64,000 nt of DNA from Mustelus asterias. Its lineage: Eukaryota. The stretch spans positions 104,098,001-104,162,000 of the forward strand of contig NC_135811.1 of NCBI RefSeq assembly GCF_964213995.1. The letters are read 5' to 3'. Each line of letters starts with the position of its first letter. The stretch's first letter is position 1. Below, piece after piece: positions 23,547 through 36,277 of this stretch. Under the pieces are notes generated by a model. The model was not told where the DNA came from and searched no databases. It was given only the letters and a program-made list of their open reading frames with translations. Position numbers and translations under genes: made by a program.

Positions 23547-24493
23547 ATGTTTAACTTTAATAAAAATTGGTGAGATGATAATGAAAGAAGGATTGAAAAT
23601 GATGAAAGGATACAATGGGGTAGGTAGAGGTAGAACCGTTTCCTATTACTCGGGGTTCTGGAATAGAGAGGGTGCACAGATACAAAGTTAAATACAAAAG
23701 TGGGCAGCAAGAGAAAATCACTCAGTTGTGAGGCTGTGGAATTCACTTCAAAATGTGAATGGATGAAGCTGCAACCATGTTAACATTCAAGGTTAAATTG
23801 GATAAGTTGAGGAAAAGAGTGTTGAAGGAATACTGGAAGAGGATGGATTGATAGGATTAGGTCCATTTGCTTGTAGGGAACATTGGGTTGAAATGCCCAT
23901 TTGTAACTCCTGTGTTTTTGTGTACAATCATCCTCGTCATAGCTGTGCAGTCACCTCGTAGCTCCCAAGACGTCTTCTAACCTCCAAGTCTAACTACCAA
24001 GTCTCAGCTGGCACAGACCCCGAGCTGTTCAATCTTCTCACTTATTACATTTTCCTCATCTCCCAACCATTCCAAGAAGCTTTGATTTTCCCACTCCAGT
24101 TTGAGCCAGTCCCCAACTCCCAATCCCTCATCTGAGCCCCAGTGGTGAATGACGACAGGTTATTCTGGGATTGCAATCTCTGGTTGGAGCTACTGCTGAG
24201 ATTTTCATCATATAACCTCCCATTTTCACCTGTCCTTCCCCCATTCCAGGCATTGATCTGCCTCGACCAGCCTCACAAAGCCCCCAATTCCCCAGTCAAT
24301 TGGAAATTGACTCATGACTGTCAACAATCAACCAAATAAATTTTTAACCCCCATCCCATCTTCAATATTTTCATTAATAATTTTTAAATAAAGCATTATT
24401 TTTGCATAATTAGACTCCCAGATTACTTGGGCCAGCAAGGATGAGATTAATCATTGATTCTAAGTCAATCCGAGAGGATGGACAACACCAAGC

Positions 24494-24810
24494 CACGGTA
24501 GCACAGTGGTTAGCACTGCTGCTTCACAGCTCCAGGGACCTGGGTTTGATTCCCAGCTTGGGTCAGTGTGTGTGTGGAGTTTGCACGTTCTCCCTGTGTC
24601 TGCGTGGGTTTCCTCCGGGTGCTCCGGTTTCCTCCCACAGTCCAAAGATGTACGGATTAGGTGGATTGGCCATGCTAAATTGCCCCTTAGTGTGAGGGGG
24701 ACTAGCTAGGGTAAATGTATGGGGTTATGGGGATAGGGCCTGGGTGGGATTGTGGTTGGTGCAGACTCGATGGGCCGAATGGCCTACTCCTGCATTGTAT
24801 GATTCTATAA
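24494..24810 (+). mobile_element. HE1 V-SINE with CR1-type tail
   Basis: Head, core and tail all present. Confidence 0.9.
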
Positions 24811-25279
24811 TGTTACTTTTCTCAAGGATCACTCCATCTTCCTAACCCCAGGTGTGTGGAAGCCAATTATAACACACCCTGCCTCGCACTACCCAACTGA
24901 GCACAGTCTAGGGAAATCAAATCTGCACATATTCCCTAAATTATAGGGCTGCTTCAAACAAAATTGCAAAGACTGATTATACTCCGCAGGTCCAGTCGCA
25001 CCTAAAATGAAGGCCAGGGAACAAGGAGCCAAATAAATTAGGAATCTTGATCTCTACCTTCCTTTTGCTCTCCCCCACTCCCCCCCCGCCAGCCGCACAC
25101 ACTGCCCACACCCTCTATTGCCTTAACCCAACTAAGGGAGTTTGCTTATTTTTCAAAATTTGGTGTTATTCTCCTTAGGCTTAAGAGCATAAAAGAAGAG
25201 ATTTAATAGTGATGTTTAACATTGTGAAGAGGTTTTTTTTAGTAGAGCAACTGAGGAGAAATTGATTCCAATGGCAGGA

Positions 25280-25568
25280 GTTTTAGGTTTATATATTAGT
25301 GTCACAAGTATACTTACATTAACACTGCAACGAAGTTACTGTGAAAATCCCCTAGTCGCCACACTCTGGCGCCTGTTCGGGTAACACCGAGGGAGAATTT
25401 ACACTTTTACCCCTAACCGGCACGTCTTTTGGACTGTGGGAGGAAACCGGAGCACCCGGAGGAAACCCACGCAGACACGAGGAGAACGTGCAGACTCCGC
25501 ACAGACAGAAACGCAAGCCGGGAATTGAACCCAGGTCCCTGGCGCTGCGAGGCAGCAGTGCTAACCAC
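25280..25568 (-). mobile_element. V-SINE, tail type 2
   Basis: Reverse complement of the type-2 tail, core and head. Confidence 0.85.
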
Positions 25569-25651
25569 GAGCTTGATAATCCAAGGACTTATAATAAACA
25601 AGAGGTGTCAAGGAGTAGAGTAGTTTTTAAAGCAAGTTATGATTTTTAAAA

Positions 25652-26322
25652 ATTCATTCATTGATGGGTGCCGGCTGGGTCAGCATTTATAGACCGTCCC
25701 TGAGGACGTTAAGAGTCAACCACATTGCTGTGCATCTGAAGTCACATGTAGTCCAGGCCAGGCAAGGACGGCAGATTTCCTTCCCTGAAGGACATTAGGT
25801 GAACCAGATTGGTTTTTACAACAATCCACAATGGTTTTGTGGTCTTCATTAGACTTTAAATTCCAGATTTTTATTAGACTCAACTTCCACCATCTGCTGT
25901 GGTGGGATTCGAACCCAGGAGGGCGGCACGGTAGCACAGTGGTTAGCACTGCAGCTTCACAGCTCCAGGGTCCCGGGTTCGATTCCCGGCTCGGGTCACT
26001 GTCTGTGTGGAGTTTGCACATTCTCCTCGTGTCTGCGTGGGTTTCCTCCGGGTGCTCCGGTTTCCTCCCACAGTCCAAAGATGTGCGGGTTAGGTTGATT
26101 GGCCAGGTTAAAAATTGCCCCTTAGAGTCCTGAGATGCGTAGGTTAGAGGGATTAGCGGGTAAAATATGTGGGGATAGGGCCTGGGTGGGATTGTGGTCG
26201 GTGCAGACTCGATGGGCCGAATGGCCTCCTTCTGCACTGTAGGGATTCTATGACTCCAGAACATTACCCTGGGTTTCTAGATTACTAATCCAGCGACAGT
26301 ACCACTGCGCCATTGTCTCCCC
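25652..26322 (-). mobile_element. SINE-B split by a young HE1 copy
   Basis: SINE-B sequence lies on both sides of 25921-26253. Confidence 0.8.
25921..26253 (+). mobile_element. HE1 V-SINE, young and full length
   Basis: CpGs retained; nearly identical to 38689-39036. Confidence 0.95.
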
Positions 26323-27010
26323 ATAAATGATGACTTGGAATGTACTGCCTGGAAATAAGATGGAAGCAAATTCAATAGCAACTTTCAAATCAAAATTAGA
26401 TATTTGAGAAAAAAAATTCAGGGCTTTGGGGAAAGAGCGGGGAAATAGGACTAATTCAATAGCCGTTTCTCAAAAAAAGAAGTCACAGTGGATCAAATTG
26501 CTTTTGTCTGTGCTGCATCACTCTCTAATTCTGATGAAGGACTGATCACACAGATAGAAGCTCTGCCTCTCTCTTCAGATCCTCCGCACATACCATTTCC
26601 TTTAACACCTCATGTGAAGTATAAACCACTCGCTGAGAACACAGGCCATTTCCTCGCCAATGCCGGCAGTGGTTGATACAGAATTAGAACTGCAATCTCC
26701 ATTTCCAGCCATGCCTGCAGCCCGAGAAGGTGCAGAAAACCCAGCCAGACCAGACACTGCCGTAGTGGAGAGCAAGTGCCAGAGAGCCGCTTGCTCAGAA
26801 ACCTACACATGCCACAGAACATCTACACTGGACACCGTGCTGCGCTGCCCAGAGGCAACTACCACACCAGGGTCTCAGCCGCGCATTTACAGGAAGGAAC
26901 AAACTATTTAAGCCATCTAAACCTTGCCAGCGTTTAGGCTCCACCCTGAGGCTCTTCCGATCCAAAAATATCTAACCCATCAATATATCATGCAACAACA
27001 CCTTTCCTTT

Positions 27011-27124
27011 AGTAAGGAGTCTCACAACACCAGGTTAAAGTCCAACAGGTTTATTTAGTAGCACAAGCTCTCGGAGCGTTGCCCCTTCATCCAGTGATCA
27101 CTTGATGATCATCAGGTGATCACC
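27011..27124 (-). mobile_element. Penelope-like terminal fragment with a mutated hammerhead
   Basis: Shares AGTAAG.AGTCTCACAACACCAGGTTAAAGTCCAACAGG with 10836; minus strand reads CAC-TGGATGA-AGGGGCAACGCTCC-GAGA-GCTT-GTG. Confidence 0.65.
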
Positions 27125-27401
27125 TTCCCCTTAAGTAGCAACCTTGAATATAGGTAACATCGGAAAGCATTTCACAGGAGCACTTCTGAAAATGTAGCAT
27201 TAGTTGCACTAACCTTATTCGCACACTTTTCTTGAAGCAAAAAGGAGCGGGGTTATAGTAGGATGCAGAATGGGCATTTCACACCATATTGAATGATTAC
27301 AACCCTTTTACGACCAAGAGAAAGTGCATGCATCTGGATTTACCTTCAAATTCTTCGAAAAAAGTTCATAAAATCATTTTATGCTCATTTGTAAATTAAC
27401 T

Positions 27402-27725
27402 GGGGCAGCACGGTGGCACAATCGTTAGCACCTGCTGCCTTTGGCGCCAGGGGTCCAGGTTCAATTCTAGTCTTGGATCGCTGCCTGTGTGGAGTTTACA
27501 TATTCTCCCCGTGTCTGCGTGGGTTTCCTCCGGGTGCTCCGGTTTCCTCCCACAGTCCAAAGATGTGCGGGTTAGGCAGATTGGCTACACTAAATTGGCC
27601 TTAGTGTCAGGGGCATTAGCAGGGCAAATATGTGGGGTTATGCGAATAGGGCCTGGGTGGGATTGTGGTCGGTGCAGACTCGATGGGCTGAATGGCCTCC
27701 TTCTGCACTGTGGGGATTCTATGAA
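27402..27725 (+). mobile_element. HE1 V-SINE with CR1-type tail
   Basis: Full-length similarity to the other copies. Confidence 0.9.
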
Positions 27726-29549
27726 CTGCATGAAGGAGTAATCAATAACCTCAGAGCAGGAATCCTGTTTCATAGACGACAATGACACAGTTACAAATTT
27801 CAGCTTGCCTTTCCCGGATTGCCACTGTCCCGTATGGCCAGGACTTTGCCTTCCTGGTCCAGTATCTAATTCTGGGATAGCATGACTCGGGGCAGCCAGA
27901 AACAATGACATTCCTCACTCCATGAACAAGATGCTGTAAACTTGCACGTACCACTTCCTGCCTCTCTGCAAGTCTTGAAAAGGTAGACTGATTTGAATAA
28001 ATTTGACCATACATCATTGAACTATTGTTCAGCTGATTTGCTTTGTGAACAATAAAGGATGAAGAGAGTTTCTATTACAAAAGATAAGTAGAGTCCCCAG
28101 GGAGGAGAGAGACACGTCAGGGGCAATGACCTGGCGATGCCAAGGTATGCCCTCTGGGGAGCCCCATTTTGGGGGGGGGGGGGGTTCTCCTGTGAGTGTG
28201 TTGGGGGAGGGGGGGGGAAAGAGGTGGGAGGCAATGCCTGTTTGGGGGACACTCCAGTGCTTTTGTGTGTGTGTGTGTGCATGCGTGTGTGTGTGTGCAT
28301 GCGTGTGTGGGGGGGGGGGGGGAGGGGGAGCAGGGGGCAACACTCTGATGCCTGCCTGCGCGGGTGGGTCACCCCAATGCTTGTTTGGGTGGAGGAGGGG
28401 GGGGGGATAATTTCAGACACAGATGGGGACAGCCTTTAAAGATGGTGCCTCAGTCTCCGGAGTGCTGGCATTGCCAGCTCTATCAGGCCCCATCCCACCA
28501 GAGTGACGGCAGAATTCGTGTGAACAGCGCGCCAGAGAATCTGGAGAGAAAACTCGGCTCCTGTGATATCTCAAATCCTGTGTTCCTTTGTAGCCTTGCC
28601 ATCATCCGGATGGTCAGAAATTGGAGGAGTTTGACCTCGCCTATCAGCCCTCCTTATCGAGGGACCTTGCAGAGCAGTGTTGATCAACCTTGCGACCAGC
28701 CTCTTGCACAAAAGCTGCGAAAGCCTCTCCAATCACCTCACACGCGTCGGAAGCCTTCATGTCTGCCAAGTCTTCAGAGTGAACCAAGGTGGGATATCCA
28801 GAGGCTTCCTGACTCGTGCAATAAGCAATGGGCCCCGGAGAGCTGAAATTCCCGACATCTGACAGCTCAAGGAGATGGGAGGTCAGGAGAAGCAAATCGG
28901 AAGAAAATGGTTCAGTGGCAAAACATTGCAAAGAATGTTTGACTATCGGAGGGATTGGGGAGGCGGGAGCTACGTAAGCAATAATGAATGGAGCAGGCCG
29001 AGTTACTGAGGAGCAGGAAAAGGGGGGTGGGGGGGCTGAACACTGCAAGGTTAACCAAGCTTCCACCAGGCACAGTTTGTAAAACAGTCAGACAGATTAA
29101 TAATGAAACCATTTTTTCCTGGACAAGTTCCAAGTAGCATGCAGTAAAGAATTCCCATTCCCAAAGGACCACGCTCAGATCTTTGCCAGAGTTCATAATC
29201 TATTTCCTACAAGATAACAGCCAAGCTGCTGTAATCCGCCCCATCCCATTAACCTTTCGAATTAGATGCAAGATGGCATGGTACGTCTCTCATTTAAAGC
29301 AATGCACTGCATGACACAAATCCCATTTCTGGTCAGCAGAAACTGCCTCGAGTTTGAGCTGGAACAGCCTCAGGATGTCTGGGAAGAGGAACGGAAGGTA
29401 CTGCACTGGGTGCAGCAGGCATTTTCTCCAGGGGTCAGGGCGCGTGTGGTTGAGGCATGGCACACTGTGCATTTTCAACCTCAAGTGTGTTCAACTTCGA
29501 CTTGGATGTCCAAAATAGGAAAGCTTTTCATTCTCCACTACTAAGATCC

Positions 29550-29748
29550 CAGCACGGTGGCACAGTGGTTAGCACTGCTGCCTCACAGCACCAGGGACCC
29601 AGGTTCATATCCGGCCTCGGGTGACTCTCTGTGTGGAGTCTGCACGCTCTCCCCTCCTCCAAATGGGGTTAGAGCTTGGGTGGGATTATTGTTGGTGCAG
29701 GCTTGATGGGCTGAATGGCCTCCTTCTGCACTGTAGGGATTCTATGGT
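29550..29748 (+). mobile_element. HE1 V-SINE, internally deleted
   Basis: Head joined to tail with most of the core missing. Confidence 0.8.
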
Positions 29749-29890
29749 GAGCATAAAGCGAGTGTACACATGCATGGTACAAATGTGGACCCAGCTTAAA
29801 TGAAATGCAAAGCCAAACACAACTAGACCATTAAGAACCAAGAGTGCAAAAACTAAGAGACCGTGATCCAGAGTTCAGACAAATGCATAG

Positions 29891-30102
29891 ATTCCAAGAT
29901 GGCACCGGAGCGAGGCGACTTCTTGCAAGGTAAGCCGAGCATACCTTCTAATTCTATCTTTTACTCTCGTTCTATGCTTCTAAAACTTCATTCTACACTC
30001 TCTTATTTCCTTCTCTATGAACGGTATGCTTTATCTGTATAGCGTGCAGGAAACGATACTTTTCACTGTATGTTAGTACATGTGACAATAATAAAATCAA
30101 AT
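29891..30102 (+). mobile_element. Short bipartite Rex1-like element (candidate internally deleted LINE derivative)
   Basis: CAAGATGGC start; 3' half matches the Rex1-like 3' UTR at 45361-45474; CATAG duplicated on both flanks. Confidence 0.65.
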
Positions 30103-30519
30103 CATAGGTTCAATAGCGAATGGGCAAGGAACTGGCACTTAATGAATTGCTCTTGCAGAGAACTGGAACAGATACGATGGGCTGAATGGCATCTTTCTGT
30201 GCTATAACCGTTCTGTTATTCTATCCCCAAATCACACGACCAGATATGGACCTCTCAACAATTCATATTGGTCCAGTATTTGTTTTTCTGAAGCTATTAG
30301 AAAGTTAACGCAAACATTTGTTTTTTCATTAAACAGGTGATGAAAATGTGAAGTTTGTTATTACCACAACAGTGGCCTCTGGGCTGTGGTGGCACAAAGT
30401 CAGCCAGAAGGAGGTGAACCCAACAGACAGTGACAAATGAAAAGAAAACGTTAAATAAAAATAATTTGTATACACAAGTACCGTCACGAGGCTTATTAAG
30501 AATATTACAGAATACGGAG

Positions 30520-30960
30520 AGGCCTAGATAGAGTGGAGGTGGAGAGGATGTTTCCACTAGTGGGAGACACAGGAACTCGAGAGCACAACCTTAGAGTGAA
30601 GAGACGCTCCTTTAAAACTGAGATGAGGAGGAATTTCTTCAGCCAGACCACCCACATTTTCCTCCAGATCATTTATATATACTACAAACAACAGAGGTCC
30701 CAGCACCGATCCCTGCGGAACACCACTAGCTACAGACCTCCATTCTGAAAAACACCCTTCCACCGCTACTCTCTGTCTTCTATGACCAAGCCGGTTCTAT
30801 ATCCACCTAGCCAGCCTACCCTGAATCCCACGTGATTTTAGTTTTTATACCAGTCTGCCATGTGGGATCTTGTCAAACGCCTTACTGAAGTCCATATAAA
30901 CTACATCCACAGCCCTTCCTTCATCAATTATCTTTGTCACCTCTTCAAAAAACGCAATCA
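30520..30960. mobile_element. Two CR1 fragments fused in opposite orientation (plus 30520-30645, minus 30646-30960)
   Basis: VERMFPLVG...FKTEMRRNFFSQ on plus; FFEEVTK..DEGRAVDVVYMDFSKAFDK and SGVPQGSVLGPLLF on minus. Confidence 0.85.
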
Positions 30961-31252
30961 AGCATCTTACCCAGCCCCGCTCCCCCACCCTATCCCTGTA
31001 ACCCCACACATTTACCATGGCTAATCCCATCTAACCTACACATCCTGGGACACTGGGCGACAATTTAGCACGGCCAATCCACCTAACCTGCACATCTTTG
31101 GAGTGTGGGAGGAAACCGGAGCACCCGGAGGAAACCCACGCAGATAGGGGGAGAACGTGCAAACTCCACACAGACGGTCAGCCAAGGCTGGAATCGAACC
31201 CAGGTCCCTGGCACTGAGAGATAGCAGTGCTAACCACTGTGCCAACGTGCTG
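30960..31252 (-). mobile_element. HE1 V-SINE lacking its terminal tail
   Basis: Head and core present. Confidence 0.85.
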
Positions 31253-31713
31253 CATGCTGAGGTCAGGAAAGGCACTACGTAAATGTTGGTCTTTCTTTAC
31301 GGCAGGAAGCAACTGGAGTCGAAGGATTGAAATGTGCTGACCCAGGAACCGAAACCTTCTCGACTAAATGAGGTTAGAAAAAAATAAACTGTAGGGTTCT
31401 GGAAGCTTCAATTAGCAATTAAACTGGTCACAATAGCACCAGAGACACACAACGTCAGTGAAAAGACTGAACTCGTTGTGATCTTTTTAGGGCAAAGAAG
31501 GTTAAAAGGAGGTGGATTAGAGGTGTTCAAAATGATGAGGGATTTTTGTTGAGCAAATAGCTATAAATGGACAGGAGGATCAGTAACCAGCGAGTGCAGA
31601 TGTAAGATAATCGGCTAAAACACTAGAGGAGGAGACTTACTTTATTAAATAAACGCAGCAAGGTACAATGCTGGAACACACTGCCTGAAACAGTAATTTT
31701 CATCAGAGAAAAT

Positions 31714-32082
31714 GGGGAGGCGATGGCCTAGTGGTATTATCACTCGACTATTAATCCAGAATCTCAGTTAATGTTCTGGGGACCCGGGTTTGACTCCCAC
31801 CACGACAGTTGGTGGAATTTAAATTCAATAAAACAAAATCTGGAATTAAAAATCTACGGATGATCATCCGGATGAAACCATTGTCGATTGTCAGAAAAAC
31901 CCATCTGGTTCACTAATGTCCTTCAGGGAAGGAAATCTGCCGTTCTTACCTTGTCTGGCCTACACGTGACTCCAGAGCCACAGCAATGTGGTTGACTCTC
32001 AACTGCTGTCCAAGGGCAACTAGGGATGGGCAATAAATACTGAATAGCCAGTGACGCCCATGTCCCACAAATCAATAAAAAG
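31714..32082 (+). mobile_element. SINE-B, full length
   Basis: GGGGAGGCGATGGCCTAGTGG head through the AATAAAAA tail. Confidence 0.88.
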
Positions 32083-32939
32083 AAGAATTGTATCAAGTTT
32101 TTCCAAAAGGAGGTGGGGGGGGGGCAGGGAAAGTACAAAGAAGAAGAAAAGTAGAGCACAGGAACAGGTCCTTGGTCCCTCCAAGTCCGTACCGATCATG
32201 ATGCCCTAACTAAGCTAAAGATAAACCTTCTGCCCTACTAAGTCCGTATCCCTCTATTCCCTCCCTATTATGTACCCATCCAGATGCAAAGAACAACAAA
32301 GGAAAGGGTGAGAGAATGGGGCTAAGTGGATATCTCTCTCAAGGAGGCAATGTGAAAACTGAATGACTTTCTTCTCTGGTGCATCGTTCTATGATTAGAG
32401 TTTTTCAGGGAAAAATCTGGTACTCACTAGCTTAAGACATGCAGAACATGACCCACCCTCCCTCCACCTCAGGCCCGCAGACAATGTTATCCCTGACATC
32501 TCTGCGGCTGTATTCACAGACTACCCGATGCACCACTCCCCCCCCCCGGCGTCTGGGATGCAAGTGTGGGTGTGTTTTTAGAAATTCTTTTCAATGAATT
32601 AGTAGATGGTGTTGGATCCAGGAGGAAAAAAATGGCAGACCAGGAAGTGTTTAAATATGGACACAACCAGTTACTTTATTATAACTCTGTGAGAATGTCC
32701 CGTGCACAGCTCACTGTTCAGTACGCTGTAAAAAAAATCTCATCTAAGCTTTCATCATGTGGGAGGTTTGCACATATATGGTCAAATGAATCACTGGACA
32801 TCCCTCAAAACTTCACCGACGTCGATTTGCTGCCAATTTGCACACACAAAATCTCTAATCATCACAAACAGCAATCTCTTTTATGTGCTGTTGGTTAAGG
32901 CAGGAACGTAGGCTATTACTGCAGGAGAACTCCAGGCTC

Positions 32940-33833
32940 CAGGGCGTAGAAGGTCTGCAGAGAGATTTGGACAGGCTGAGTGAGTGGGCGAGGATCTGGC
33001 AGATGGAGTATAACGTTGACAAATGCGAGGTTATTCACTTTGGAGGAAATAATAGCAAATTGGATTATTATCTAAATGGAAAAAAATTGCAACATGCTAC
33101 TGTGCAAAGGGACCTGGGGGTCCTTGTGCATGAGACGCAAAAACCCAGTCTGCAGATGCAACAGGTGATCAAGAAGGCAAATGGGATGTTGGCCTATATC
33201 GCAAGGGGGATAGAATATAAAAACAGAGATGTCTTGCTGCATCTGTACAGGGCATTGGTGAGGCCGCAGCTGGAATACTGTGTGCAGTATTGGTCCCCTT
33301 ATTTGCAGAAGGATATATTGGCCTTGGAGGGAGTGCAGAGAAGGTTCACCAGGTTGATACCAGAGATGAGGGGTGTTGATTATGAGGAGAGACTGAGCAG
33401 ATTGGGTTTGTATTCGTTGGAATTTAGAAGGCTGAGGGAGGATCTTATAGAGACCTATAAGATAATGAAGGGGCTGGATAGGGTAGAGGTGGAGAGATTC
33501 TTTCCACTTAGAAAGGAAGCTAGAACTAGAGGGCACAGCCTCAAAATAAAGGGGGGTCAGTTTCGGACAGAGTTGAGGAGGAACTTCTTCTCTCAGAGGG
33601 TGGTGAATCTCTGGAATTCTCTGCCCACTGAAGTGGTGGAGGCTATCTCGTTGAATATGTGTAAATCACGGATAGATGGATTCCTGATCGGTAAGGGAAT
33701 TAGGGGTTATGCGGATCAGGCGGGTAAGTGGAACTGATCCACTTCAGATCAGCCATGATCTTATTGAATGGCGGGGCAGGCTCGAGGGGCTAGATGGCCA
33801 ACTCCTGCTCCTATTTCTTATGTTCTTATGTTC
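32940..33833 (+). mobile_element. CR1 LINE, 5'-truncated, with an open ORF2 C-terminus to 33737
   Basis: LQRDLDRLSEWARIWQMEYNVDKC...LYRALVRPQLEYC...FFSQRVVNLWNSLP; (TTCTTATG)n tail. Confidence 0.93.
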
Positions 33834-34039
33834 TCTTCAGGTACTGCTTTGACTTCATTTTCAAAGGCCTGAATATCTAGGTAGAGTCTCAACTTCTGAC
33901 AATTCACCAATTTCTACCCCTTCATTTAAATGGTTAAACTGGATATAATCTTCAAAAGTCTCAACAGGGTGGAAGTGGGGGGGTCACTGAATATCTTTCA
34001 GGCAGAAGTAGATTGATTCCCAAATCTGCGGTTTATGGA

Positions 34040-34375
34040 GAGTGGTGGGTGCCTCGAATGCGCTGCCAGAGGAGGTGGTGGAAGCAGCCACATTAGCAAC
34101 CTTTAAGAGGCATCTGGACGGGTACATGAATAGGGAGGGAATAGAGGGATACAGACCGAGTAAGGCCAGAAGGTGTTTTCTAAAGTTTAGTAAAGGCATC
34201 ACGATCGGCACGGGCTTGGAGGGCTGAAGGGCCTGTTCCTGCGCGGTACCTTTCGTTGTTATCGAGAGGAGGTGGGAATGTGGAACTCAACACAAACGGA
34301 TCAGCCATGATCTTTCTGGAGGGCGAAGGAGGCTCGAGGGGCCGAGGGGCCTCCTCCTGTGAATATCTTGTATGT
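34040..34375 (+). mobile_element. Short CR1 3'-end fragments
   Basis: NALPEEVVEA.TL.TFKRHLD; GGGCTGAAGGGCCTGTTCC-type tail hairpins. Confidence 0.75.
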
Positions 34376-35439
34376 TTGTAATAGTGGCGATAAATTCCTT
34401 CAGTAAAAAGCGGGCAAGGGAAAAGTGGCCCTGGGAAGAAAGCAAGAGTTCAAATACAGATCTTGAATTAAAAAATAGTGTTAATGTATACAAAAGGCCA
34501 AGACAATGTATTAAAATGGTAATTTTATTCTTTTCTTTTCCTCGAGGGACACCAGCCAAGTTCATCATATGCTGGATAAATTGAATACTGTTGGCAGCAA
34601 AGCAGAGAATTTCCCAGCTGGCTACAACAATACACTTCAAAAGCAGCTAACAGAGCCAATTGTATTGAATAAGCCCTGTGAACAGAGTACTGTTAATACA
34701 AGACAGTGTCAAATGTCTGCCAAGAACAATACAACATAACTGAAGACTCCATCCCACTTTACTTTTAGCAATTGAAACAAGATTCACCTTCCACGTGGTT
34801 GGGGCATTTAGCAGGAAACCAGTTAAACTGGAGGGAGCAGAAAATGGATTATATTGATAGGGTGAGAAGAAATAGGATGAGAGGAAGTTTGTGCAGGACA
34901 TAAACACCAGCAAGGTCCTGTGGGGCCAAATGGCCCGTGTCTGTGCTGTAAATTCTGCACATTATTCTATGAAGATTAATGTTGTATGTTTCCCAATCAC
35001 GACTTCCAAGTCAGATCTCTTGCAGAAACGCAATGGGATATAAACCGTTCTACACTGCGAAGAGCCATGCATCTTGGATTCCACCAGTTGTGAGTCAGTA
35101 TTATTGAGAGAAAACGACAAAGACGCTTGGGGGAAAGTGAACCATGAAGTGAAAGGCAATATCGCACAAAGTCCAATGCTCTCTCAGCAACACAAAGCAA
35201 GCACAGAGTACAAGTCCTAAAGAAATTCAAAGGTCAATACTTATATATCACTACATTCGATGCAATGTTCACCACTCCCCAGTGACAAATGGAACCAGTG
35301 TAAGGGTGTTTTCATCTTCTGGGAATTGAAGTGGAAACCACAAAAGCTCATGAGATTCTGCAGTTCTCTGGAAGAGGCATTAGTTGTTCATTTCTTGAAT
35401 ATTGCAGCAAAAAGTGTCTTCAAATTCTGTCAACAACAC

Positions 35440-36020
35440 CTTCTATTTATATAGTGCCTTTAATAAAATCAAACATCCCAAGGTAGTTCACAGGAACATT
35501 AAAGTGAACAGAGTTACACCGGTAATATCAGGACGGATGACCAAAAGCTTGATCAGGAAGATAGGTTGTTGGGGTGTGGAATGGACTGCCTGCAGTGATA
35601 GTGGAGTCAGACACTTTAGGAACATTTAAGCGGTTATTGGATAGGCACATGGAGCACACCAGGATGATAGGGAGTGGGATAGCTTGATCTTGGTTTCAGA
35701 TAAAGCTCGGCACAACATGGTGGGCCGAAGGGCCTGTTCTGTGCTGTACTGTTCTATGTTCTAAGATAGGTCTGAAGGAGCATCTTAAAGGAAGAGAGGT
35801 GGAGATTTCTGGGGAGGCAATTCCAGAGTTGGAGGCTCGGTCATCAATGGCACAGCGATAAAAATGATGATCAGATGTCCAAGAGGCCACAATCCAATGC
35901 ACACAGATATCTGCGGGAGGTTTGTAGGCTGGAGGGAATTACAGGAATAGGGGTACGGCTATGGAGGGATTTGAAAACAAGAACTTTAAATCGAGGCATC
36001 ATTTAACCAGGGACCAATTT
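35440..36020 (-). mobile_element. Old L2-like LINE 3' end (related pieces at about 41730-41920 and 56420-56750)
   Basis: TTTATATAGTGCCTTT...CATCCCAAGG...GACCAAAAGCTTG shared among the copies; terminus resembles the DeuSINE tail. Confidence 0.5.
35567..35762 (+). mobile_element. Short CR1 3' end with a 9-bp TSD
   Basis: AAGATAGGT at 35558-35566 and 35763-35771; TTCTATGTTCT tail. Confidence 0.85.
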
Positions 36021-36132
36021 GGTCCCCACTGTTGCTCCCCATTCAACTTTGGGCATGGGTTCGACCCATTCACCCTCATTCCAAATTACCGTGCTTACCT
36101 GATCAACCGCAATCAGACCCAAATGGAAACCA

Positions 36133-36277
36133 GGGGGCAGATCAGGGATGGGGGCAGATCAGGGATGGGGCAGATCAGGGATGGGGCAGATCAGGGATGG
36201 GGGCAGATCAGGGACAGGGGGCAGATCGAGGTCAGGGGGCAGATCGAGGTCAGGGGGCAGATCGAGGTCAGGGGGCG
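36133..36277. repeat. 17-bp minisatellite with two unit variants (GGGGCAGATCAGGGATG, then GGGGCAGATCGAGGTCA)
   Basis: Directly visible tandem array. Confidence 0.9.

Noticed and set aside
25921-25995. tRNA genes
   Set aside because: The tRNA-like boxes are SINE heads that continue into SINE cores.
32883-32940. N-terminal extension of the 284-aa ORF as a host-LINE fusion gene
   Set aside because: About 19 codons of flank happen to be in frame; no splice or homology support.
36008-36050. miR-133-like TTTGGTCCCC
   Set aside because: Only the first 10 nt match, the rest of the mature sequence differs, and no precursor hairpin is evident.
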